Below are positions 1 through 6,673 of a stretch of DNA of 10,096 nucleotides, in pieces. The position numbers and the translations under genes are program-made. This DNA comes from Candidatus Rifleibacteriota bacterium. GTDB taxonomy: Bacteria; Muiribacteriota; Ozemobacteria; Ozemobacterales; Ozemobacteraceae. The number at the start of each line of letters is the position of its first letter. Positions within the stretch are counted from its first letter, which is position 1. The notes below the pieces were generated by a model, which had not been told where the DNA came from, made no database searches, and saw nothing but the letters and a program-made list of their open reading frames with translations. The DNA lies in contig JBNJGH010000116.1 of the NCBI GenBank assembly GCA_051747585.1, positions 1 to 10,096 on the forward strand. The letters are read 5' to 3'.

Positions 1-161
1 AAAAAAGAACTTATTTGCTTTCAAATTATTTATTTTAATTACTCACTTTAACCAAGACAGCTACGGATAAGGTGATTTTAACCCTGCTCAACTACTCGAA
101 ATCAGGCGACTCAAACAGGCCAAAACGCGGTCGGCACTTGGGCTTTTATTAAAAACGATTA

Positions 162-1271
162 TTATTCTTTGATCTTCTGCTGTGAAAGGAGGCGGATTTC
201 TTCTTCTTTTGCCTTGTCAAAGGTTTGATGCAATAGAATTGCCGGCGGAAGCACTTTGGTCTCGAGGCTTTCGAGATTTTCTTCTGGAGTAAAGTCATTG
301 ATTAATTTATTTTTTTCAATTACATCCAGTGCCTGACCAGTTATGCAAGCTATTCTACCTTCTTCGAGTCTGGCTAACTGATCCTCGACTCTGGTTAACA
401 AATCTGCTGATTTTTTATCTTCTTGTCCGGGAAAGTCCTCTTTGATTTTGAAAATAAACCTCTTTCCCGCAGATTTTAAACTGTCGAGCTGTGAAATCAA
501 ATCTTTGTTCCCCGAATCATCTAATAAAACCTGATAAAAAGCCCTGTTAGCTTCTGCAATCCATATTTCAATTTGAACCCCATACTTTATAAAACGATAT
601 TCCAGCATCTTTTTCTGAAGCATGGAAATTGCCTGAGCAATTGTTTTCATAGCCTGAGAAGAGTTTGAAAGACTTGAAGAATTTTCCCGCAATTCCTCCA
701 GAAAATGCTGCATTTCATCCAGAAGGTCTTCATAATGAGAGCGGGGAACGAAAATATTAAAATCCTGAGATTTGTTCAAGCCCGTTTTTAACATCAATAT
801 CATTTCAAGGAGCTTCTTAATAGAATTCTGTAGATCTTTACTATCAACAAGTGCGTCAAAATCGGTCATTTTTTTGAAAACTTCGGTGCCGATTTCTGTC
901 TCTCGACCTGATTCACTGATCAGAGTTTTTAAACTGCCGCCCCCAAATTTTAAGAAAGCCATTCTGAAAAACCGCAGCCTTTCTTCGAGCCCCAATGACT
1001 TCAAGATAGCTTTGATCTGTTTTCTAAGTTTATCGATAGTGGCGACACCCTCATTGATTCTATTTTCAAGTTTGTTTTCGAGGGCAAAAAGATTTCTATC
1101 ACATTCCTCTTCTCTGCCAATAATATCCTTAAGCCAGCCAATCAATTTCTCAAGTTTTCCCTTGCTATGATAACTCTTTCTGCCGCAATACTGACAAAAC
1201 TCAGCCTTAACCGGAATAACAAGCTTGCAATGTTTACAGGGAAGATTTTTAAATTCCAACTTCAAACGCAC
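162..1271 (-). CDS. Zinc-ribbon domain protein with long helical/coiled-coil C-terminus, function unknown
   Basis: 369-aa ORF. N-terminal CKHC-x10-CQYCG is a typical zinc ribbon; the rest is rich in L/E/K/Q with heptad-like runs and has no TM segment. The start may be the in-frame TTG at 1259, since GAGGTG overlaps the annotated GTG and lies 9 nt upstream of that TTG. Confidence 0.8.
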   Translation of the reverse strand: MRLKLEFKNLPCKHCKLVIPVKAEFCQYCGRKSYHSKGKLEKLIGWLKDIIGREEECDRNLFALENKLENRINEGVATIDKLRKQIKAILKSLGLEERLRFFRMAFLKFGGGSLKTLISESGRETEIGTEVFKKMTDFDALVDSKDLQNSIKKLLEMILMLKTGLNKSQDFNIFVPRSHYEDLLDEMQHFLEELRENSSSLSNSSQAMKTIAQAISMLQKKMLEYRFIKYGVQIEIWIAEANRAFYQVLLDDSGNKDLISQLDSLKSAGKRFIFKIKEDFPGQEDKKSADLLTRVEDQLARLEEGRIACITGQALDVIEKNKLINDFTPEENLESLETKVLPPAILLHQTFDKAKEEEIRLLSQQKIKE

Positions 1272-1388
1272 CTCGATTCGATACCTTATCTGGTCTGGAC
1301 AAAAATTTTATCTGGCAATGAACGGACACATAAAAGGGAACCATGAGAAAACTGCCTGGTGACCAACATTTTAAATACTTATAATGAA

Positions 1389-1745
1389 TTAGCGCGAAGG
1401 ATTGAGACGCAAAGCAACCTTTATTTCGGTTCCTTCCCCCACTTTGGTTTTTATGCTTGCCTCATCGGTCATCATGCCAATCAACGCCAATCCGCGCCCC
1501 ATAGAGCTTTCGCCGGCCAGAGAGCCATAATATTCTTCAAGTTCTACTCGACGCGGCTGAACAAGTTGGTCTTCAAGTTCTTCAAGTTTGTCGGGGGCAA
1601 TTCCTTTGCCATTATCTTTAACAATAATTGTTACAAATTCATCGCAAACTTCAACGCTGGACTGGATTTTTGTTGAACCCGCCTTGATTGAATTATCTAT
1701 CAATTCGTCAATTATACCTCGAATATGGTTTCTATATGAATACAT
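1389..1745 (-). CDS. Stand-alone GHKL/HATPase_c ATP-binding protein (RsbW/SpoIIAB-like Ser/Thr kinase fold)
   Basis: N box ELIDNSIKAG, G1 box VKDNGKGI, G2 box GRGLALI, G3-like GEGTEIKV, all within 118 aa. There is no room for a HisKA phosphoacceptor domain. GGAGG RBS (plus-strand 1753-1757) lies 7 nt before the ATG. Confidence 0.88.
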   Translation of the reverse strand: MYSYRNHIRGIIDELIDNSIKAGSTKIQSSVEVCDEFVTIIVKDNGKGIAPDKLEELEDQLVQPRRVELEEYYGSLAGESSMGRGLALIGMMTDEASIKTKVGEGTEIKVALRLNPSR

Positions 1746-1775
1746 TTTGCTGCCTCCGCTGTGAAAGAATTGAAA

Positions 1776-3020
1776 CTATTCGCTTTTTCTGTGTAAGTGT
1801 AGCCATCTGATAGTGCAAAGAAACAAAGTAGCAACCAGTCCACCCGCAAACCCGTTATTGTAAAGGTTCATGCCTCCGTGAAAGGTGCCGACATGCAAAA
1901 CAACGGCAAGATGAACGAAGCCGGCCAGAAGCCCTGCTATAATACCAAAGCCACCGGCTATAGGAGCCAGAGCGGTACCAAACAAGGCCCCGAGCAAAAC
2001 AGCCGGTTCTGCGGGTGAGCGTGAACTAATTATTGCTGCCAGAAAAACTCCGGCCATCAGGGGCCAGATATTTCGCGGGTGTTTTCCGAATGCGGCAAAG
2101 CCCACCATTGTCATAACTGCGCCAAGAGTGGGCCCGTTAAATGAACCGCCTACAAAAGAAATGTATGCCATGCCGAGCAAGCCTACAAGCCCCATGTTAA
2201 AAAGAGTTGCATCCATGCCGTCACGGTAAACGAAATCGGTTACCAGACTACCAATTTGCTTAAAAATACCCGGAACATATTTTATCCCTTTAAAGCCCAG
2301 TAAGAGCATCGAACCGAAGTATAAGGAAAAAACTATGACCAGTTCCTGCTGCGATTCCTGATGCCAGGCGATTGCCAATTCGGTTTCGTAACCAAACATT
2401 TTTAGAATTGCCGTGGCAAACATGCCTATAATGCCGCAGGTAAAGCCAATGTTATACAAACAAAAACCCTGGTGATTGTGCAACACATGAGAAGCCAGGC
2501 CGGGCAATACCATGCCACAAGCAATACCGGCCACAATGCCGACCAGGTAACCCAGCCCGATACCAAAAGAAATATGGCTGACTACCGGTCCGAGTGCGGT
2601 TCCAAAAAGAGCAGCCAACAAAAAAGAGCGAAAATTCTCTCGTCGCAACCAGGCACTTAAGGCTACTCCTACTGGAACAGGCCAGACATTGACCGGAGTT
2701 TTACCAAACATTGAAAAACCTGCAACGGTAAAAATAATTGCAAGGGTCGGCCCCGACAAAGAAGTTCCGGTGTAATATATGATTCCAAGAGTCAATAACC
2801 CCATAATGCCAGCATTTATTAAAGAAGCACTTACGCCGCCTATAGCAAAGAAATCGGTGACAAGCAAACCGGGTGCAAATAATATGCGTTTATAGCCTTC
2901 AAAAAAAGACGAACCATCGGACCAGAACAAACCAATAATTATCAACAAAGCCATGTAAAAAGCAATTAACAAATGCTTCTTCGTTTCAAGGAACTTTAAG
3001 CCAATTTTCTCTTTTCTCAT
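1776..3020 (-). CDS. DUF1576-family polytopic membrane protein (two internal repeats, putative transporter)
   Basis: Very hydrophobic and Gly-rich, with a clear internal duplication: LVTDFF/LVTDFV, GPTL..GFSMFGKTPVNVWP / GPTL..GFAAFGKHPRNIWP, ALFGTALGP/ALFGTALAP, HQGFCLYNIGF/HGGMNLYNNGF. These motifs match my recollection of DUF1576. ATG at 3020 (MRKEKIG) preferred over the TTG at 3056. Confidence 0.85.
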   Translation of the reverse strand: MRKEKIGLKFLETKKHLLIAFYMALLIIIGLFWSDGSSFFEGYKRILFAPGLLVTDFFAIGGVSASLINAGIMGLLTLGIIYYTGTSLSGPTLAIIFTVAGFSMFGKTPVNVWPVPVGVALSAWLRRENFRSFLLAALFGTALGPVVSHISFGIGLGYLVGIVAGIACGMVLPGLASHVLHNHQGFCLYNIGFTCGIIGMFATAILKMFGYETELAIAWHQESQQELVIVFSLYFGSMLLLGFKGIKYVPGIFKQIGSLVTDFVYRDGMDATLFNMGLVGLLGMAYISFVGGSFNGPTLGAVMTMVGFAAFGKHPRNIWPLMAGVFLAAIISSRSPAEPAVLLGALFGTALAPIAGGFGIIAGLLAGFVHLAVVLHVGTFHGGMNLYNNGFAGGLVATLFLCTIRWLHLHRKSE

Positions 3021-3303
3021 TTTTTTAGACTTTCTCTTATACGGGTTATTAAACAATACTAGCTGAAAGCTTAACTAATTTCCAGAGCTGAGACAAAGTT
3101 TTCAATTGTCGGTCAGCAATTCTCGGTCAGCGACTATAAAATTGTTTCAGAAAAGAATTTACCTCACACCAGATCTCAAGGAATCACAGAGATTCTTTTT
3201 CAGCCATAGATCGTCCTTTGGGCATCAGCTAATATATTTGGTGCAACCTGTTTGAATGAGAATGCGTAAAACATAACCCTCTTGAAGGCAAAATAATTGT
3301 TTC

Positions 3304-3349
3304 TTGTTTTAGCCCCTATTTTGTCGATATTATATTTTAGAGATAGAAT
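3304..3349 (+). promoter_or_regulatory. Candidate sigma70-type promoter(s) for the 3362 gene
   Basis: TTGTCG(3321-3326)-N17-TAGAAT(3344-3349), or TTGTTT(3304-3309)-N18-TATTAT(3328-3333). The first would start transcription inside the RBS; the second leaves RBS AGAGGTG (3351-3357) intact. Confidence 0.4.
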
Positions 3350-3361
3350 AAGAGGTGAACT

Positions 3362-4528
3362 ATGATTTTTCGACGATGTAAATTTTTTCTTTTCGTTCTT
3401 GTTATTGCCCTTTTTGCAACTGGTCAAGCAGCTGCCGAAGAAATAAACAAAACTTTTGAACACAGCCTTGGTTTTGGCAACTCTGCCAAAAGCTTCGAAC
3501 ATAAAATCGATTTATCTGAGGAACTTGCAGCTGAAGGCAAATATTTCATTGCCCGAAGCTTAAAACTTGACGGAAAGCTGGTAATCGAAAGAGAAGAACT
3601 CACCAAAACATATTATTACATCAAAGTCAGACTACCCAAAGCAACTTTATGGTTTGCCAAAGGAAATGTACAAATCACTTTAAAAGCTGAAAAAACAGAT
3701 GCGCCTGCTATAACCCCAAATGCTCCCGACAACTTAAAAGTATGGGGCGGGAACTATGCACGTTTTTCATGGAATGGCAGCGAGAACTTAACCGCAATCA
3801 GTCTTTATGACAAATCGGACCAGAAAACAATCTGGGAAAGAGTTATTCTTGATAAACATGAATGCGTAATGGACGAAGGATACCTGGATGTGGGCCATAG
3901 TTATGTTTGGGCTGTTAAACAGGCCGGGTTGTCAGGAAAATATTCCAGTGAATCTCAAAATGCTTTCAAAGTTGGAACAAAACAGGAACGTTGTAGACAC
4001 TGTTTTGGCAGCGGGTATGTTACCTGCAAGCGTTGTAATGGTTCGGGGCATGTTGTAGTTAATGGTCCTGATGACACCCCTGTCAGTCAAATTTGTTACA
4101 ACTGCCACGGCACCGGAAAAGAAAAATGCATGCAATGCCTGGGGGATGGGTACAACATTGTGCCGGTTATAATTCCCGAAAATAAAACTACAGCTACTGA
4201 CGCAGAAAAAGTGGAAAGAACTTTGCTTAAAGGCAGGATCAGTTCAATTGTTTTCGAAGACGAAAGTCTGGGTAAAAACGATCAGGGGCTTATAACTATT
4301 TCCGATAAAAATCAGACAGATTTTACTTTTAAAGTCAGCAAATACACCCTCATTCTCGTAAGTGATAAAGGATCTATGTATGCCGGTGAGCTCAAACAAT
4401 TAAAACCCGGCTGGAGATGCGAACTGGCCTATGACATTCCTGACGATGACTATTACAGCACCTCCAACAGTGAAGAACTAAAATATGCCGATAACATGAT
4501 TGTTTATTATCCCGGGAATCCGAACTAA
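3362..4528 (+). CDS. Exported protein with Fn3-like domain and DnaJ-type cysteine-rich zinc finger
   Basis: RBS AGAGGTG. Signal peptide MIFRRCKFFLFVLVIALFATGQAAA|EE. Fn3-like segment APDNLKV..FSWNG..YVWAVKQ..GKYSSES. Four CxxCxGxG motifs (CRHCFGSG, CKRCNGSG, CYNCHGTG, CMQCLGDG; nt 3992-4150). C-terminal beta-rich domain. No J-domain HPD motif. Confidence 0.85.
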   Translation: MIFRRCKFFLFVLVIALFATGQAAAEEINKTFEHSLGFGNSAKSFEHKIDLSEELAAEGKYFIARSLKLDGKLVIEREELTKTYYYIKVRLPKATLWFAKGNVQITLKAEKTDAPAITPNAPDNLKVWGGNYARFSWNGSENLTAISLYDKSDQKTIWERVILDKHECVMDEGYLDVGHSYVWAVKQAGLSGKYSSESQNAFKVGTKQERCRHCFGSGYVTCKRCNGSGHVVVNGPDDTPVSQICYNCHGTGKEKCMQCLGDGYNIVPVIIPENKTTATDAEKVERTLLKGRISSIVFEDESLGKNDQGLITISDKNQTDFTFKVSKYTLILVSDKGSMYAGELKQLKPGWRCELAYDIPDDDYYSTSNSEELKYADNMIVYYPGNPN

Positions 4529-4547
4529 GTAAAGCACAATAATTTAT

Positions 4548-4643
4548 TCGTGCTCAGCAAAGCGGTGCTCGTATTCAGCGAGATCGTAATCGAATAATCA
4601 ACATTTAAATCGATTACGATTAGGATTACGATCACGAGCACGA
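4548..4643. repeat. Nested inverted-repeat element built from GTGCTC/CGTAAT units and their complements
   Basis: Perfect pairings: ATCGTAATCGA 4583-4593 / TCGATTACGAT 4610-4620; GATCGTAATC 4582-4591 / GATTACGATC 4624-4633; GTGCTCGT 4565-4572 / ACGAGCAC 4634-4641; TCGTGCTC 4548-4555 / GAGCACGA 4636-4643. Confidence 0.8.
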
Positions 4644-4688
4644 TTCGCAGATTTTTACTTCTTAACTTAGTGGCATTCCGACGACGTA

Positions 4689-4755
4689 TTGAAATTACAG
4701 CCAGGACAGAGCTTGGCGGCTACCCTGACAAATTTCAACCCTTTTTTATTTTTCC
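4689..4755 (+). terminator. Hairpin (REP-like core) followed by T-rich tract; possible terminator of the 3362 gene
   Basis: Outer arms TTGAAATT 4689-4696 / AATTTCAA 4731-4738; inner stem GCCAGG 4700-4705 / CTTGGC 4712-4717; followed by CCCTTTTTTATTTTT. Confidence 0.4.
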
Positions 4756-4859
4756 TGTTATTTCCGGGGGAACTTCGTGCCCTGAGGAATTGGTGTGACA
4801 TAGGTTCTCTTGTGTAAATTTATGGTATGTTTACAGGAACATGCTTTAGGAAGTGAGCA

Positions 4860-5801
4860 ATGCCACATAGCTTCAACAACCAATTTCATAGAGTTTTGAA
4901 TTGTATCTTTATAATTGTTATCAGTATATTTGTCGCCTCAGGCACTCTTTACAAGAGTTATTATTTTTTTAACAGCGAGCCCGAATCAAGCAAAGGAACA
5001 TCGCTGCTTGTCATCGGTCTGATTGCAATAATCGCCGGGTTCATTTCTGTTATAAAGCTAATAAAACATTTAAAGCCTTTGCGAAGAGCTCAAGATCTTA
5101 AAGATCGATTTCCCAACCGCCCCTGGAAACACGATATACGGTGGGATGGATTCAAAAACCCCAGCCTGAATCGCCCCGGAGAACTTCTTGATTTCTGGTA
5201 TATGGGGGGAATCATCTTCCTGATGATTTTTGTAAGTATAATGCTTGCCGGCTTCGACAAACTGGTTACAGAGACCGAATTAAAAGCATCGGGCGCGATA
5301 CTTCTATTTTTATGTGTTTTGCCTGCTGTTTACAAAACTCTTCAATATTTAAAATTCAGCTCAGCCACTATGATTTTGCAGCAGACACCCATTGTTCCGG
5401 GAAAAACTTTCAAAGCAGTGGTTATATTACCTGAAAACATAAAAACCATTGCCAGCATTAATTTAAAGCTGTTCTGTGAAAAAACTTACACCATAAGACG
5501 TGCAGGCAAATACCGGGAAATGAATGAAATTATCTATAAAAAAGAGAAGACTACAGCAGCCGCCAAAACTAAAACAGCCTCAAATCGCTCTGTCGTTTCA
5601 CTTGAGTTTGCAATTCCCAAAGGTGCCCAACCCGATAAACCTGACAAAGAACCAACCTACGAATGGAAAGTAGAATTAATTGCAGATATTCCGGGCATAG
5701 ATTATCAAACTCAGTTCGCGTTACCGGTTTTTAATTTAGAGGATGACAACTTAATCGAATACCTTTCAGACAAAAGACTTCAAGAAATCTATTTAAGTTA
5801 G
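4860..5801 (+). CDS. Membrane protein (about 4 TM) with C-terminal soluble beta-sandwich-like domain
   Basis: 313 aa. Two pairs of hydrophobic helices separated by a PW..RWDG loop. The C-terminal domain starts at TPIVPGKTFKAVV and ends YEWKVELIADIPGIDYQTQFALPVF, which resembles arrestin/SpoOM-like or DUF3592-associated tails (from memory). AGGAAG upstream. Confidence 0.8.
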   Translation: MPHSFNNQFHRVLNCIFIIVISIFVASGTLYKSYYFFNSEPESSKGTSLLVIGLIAIIAGFISVIKLIKHLKPLRRAQDLKDRFPNRPWKHDIRWDGFKNPSLNRPGELLDFWYMGGIIFLMIFVSIMLAGFDKLVTETELKASGAILLFLCVLPAVYKTLQYLKFSSATMILQQTPIVPGKTFKAVVILPENIKTIASINLKLFCEKTYTIRRAGKYREMNEIIYKKEKTTAAAKTKTASNRSVVSLEFAIPKGAQPDKPDKEPTYEWKVELIADIPGIDYQTQFALPVFNLEDDNLIEYLSDKRLQEIYLS

Positions 5802-5810
5802 AAGGAAAAA

Positions 5811-6299
5811 ATGAAGTTTACCAGCTACCACATCAAAGCTTACTGGTTAATGTTTTTGTTAATACTGGTTCTAATAGAAATACATACAGGCAGAGTTACC
5901 ATCTTGTTAGACAAATATTTTCCGAGACCGGCCCAGAAACAGAGTCGATTGGAGCAACAAAAACAAGCTCAAAAAAAGGAACGAATGAAAAAATATAAGC
6001 CTTTTACAGCCGAGGAAAATCCGGCTCAGCTTGCCGGCCGATACGAAAAAATGATGCAAAATAAAGATTATGATTTAATAGTCGAAGAAACGGAAAATCG
6101 AAAAGATGTAATTTCACAAGCATATCGAGCCCTGGTTATTTTAGAATCGGGGGAATACCCGAAACTTTTTGCAGAAGCGATAAGCATAATGAATAAGGTT
6201 CTTCGCAGGCCGGAACTACCCGACAATCTGCAACTAAGGCTGATTCAATCTCTGGGAGACCCCGGGGCATCTACCAATTTAGAACCGGAATTGCATTAG
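5811..6299 (+). CDS. Membrane-anchored helical hypothetical protein (possibly TPR-like)
   Basis: 162 aa, 9 nt after the previous stop, RBS GAAGGA. One N-terminal hydrophobic helix (AYWLMFLLILVLIEI), a Q/K-rich linker and a helical C-terminus. Confidence 0.75.
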   Translation: MKFTSYHIKAYWLMFLLILVLIEIHTGRVTILLDKYFPRPAQKQSRLEQQKQAQKKERMKKYKPFTAEENPAQLAGRYEKMMQNKDYDLIVEETENRKDVISQAYRALVILESGEYPKLFAEAISIMNKVLRRPELPDNLQLRLIQSLGDPGASTNLEPELH

Positions 6300-6317
6300 A
6301 ATGTCATATATTAAAAA

Positions 6318-6334
6318 TTTTCGCCTGGCGAAAA
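6318..6334. promoter_or_regulatory. Perfect 17-bp palindrome, candidate operator or weak terminator
   Basis: TTTTCGCC-T-GGCGAAAA, 18 nt after the 6299 stop, embedded in A/T tracts. Confidence 0.4.
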
Positions 6335-6535
6335 AAAATTTGGGCACTATTTATAAGGATTTGGACGATTACAAACGTCCTTACCCTTTATTTAAGCCTG
6401 CTTTAATGGAGTTACGGCATTAGATTTTTTTTCTTATACTAAGAGTAAAGGAAGTAAAAAAAAAGTTCGAGAGAATAACAGACCGAAGCAGGATACGTAA
6501 AACAAAGCTCAGCTCTGGTTAAATCAAGAAAAATC

Positions 6536-6571
6536 ACTTCTAAAAAAGCCCCCAGCTTTTTTAGGAGTTTT
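6536..6571 (+). terminator. 14-bp hairpin with short U tract upstream of the ankyrin gene (terminator/attenuator-like)
   Basis: ACTTCTAAAAAAGC (6536-6549), loop CCCCA, GCTTTTTTAGGAGT (6555-6568), one G-U pair, followed by TTT. Confidence 0.45.
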
Positions 6572-6673
6572 ATTGCATTTCCCATATTCATACTCAGGAG
6601 TTTGAAGACAACAGAAATAAGAAAAAAGATTATAAGCCCTCTGTTCTCAGAAATCTCACCCAGGAGAGAAATC

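Noticed and set aside
1..161. Possible ncRNA or terminator downstream of the 162 stop, including imperfect ACTC..CAGGC repeats
   Set aside because: No convincing stem with a U tract and no recognisable RNA motif; the repeats are short and degenerate.
772..1170. 132-aa plus-strand ORF
   Set aside because: Antisense shadow of the 162-1271 gene; S/L/I/F-rich composition typical of the reverse frame.
1359..1676. 105-aa plus-strand ORF
   Set aside because: Antisense to the HATPase gene, which has clear motifs and an RBS.
1389..1745. Calling this a two-component sensor histidine kinase or naming it rsbW/spoIIAB
   Set aside because: No HisKA or sensor domain, and no cognate sigma factor or STAS gene in view; only the fold is supported.
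2472..2660. 62-aa plus-strand ORF
   Set aside because: Antisense within the DUF1576 gene; no recognisable features.
3200..4135. Minus-strand ORFs 3200-3502, 3424-3606 and 3932-4135
   Set aside because: All overlap the well-supported 3362-4528 gene on the opposite strand and lack motifs.
3992..4150. dnaJ gene call, and c-type cytochrome call from CYNCH (4094-4108)
   Set aside because: There is no J-domain or HPD motif. CxxCH here is simply one CxxCxGxG repeat with His at the variable position, which is common in DnaJ fingers. Heme attachment is not formally excluded but is unsupported.
4548..4643. CRISPR array or tRNA
   Set aside because: Repeats are short, inverted and irregular with no repeat-spacer periodicity, no cas genes and no cloverleaf.
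4813..4835. TGTAAA-N11-TTTACA as a TyrR-like box
   Set aside because: TyrR boxes have a 6-nt spacer, and 6-bp AT-rich arms arise easily by chance here.
6300..6673. Known riboswitch (fluoride, preQ1, SAM, c-di-GMP) and the minus-strand ORF 6439-6675
   Set aside because: I could not match the conserved cores of any of these classes by eye. The ORF is low-complexity, derived from A-tracts, and its upstream region lies inside the ankyrin CDS.
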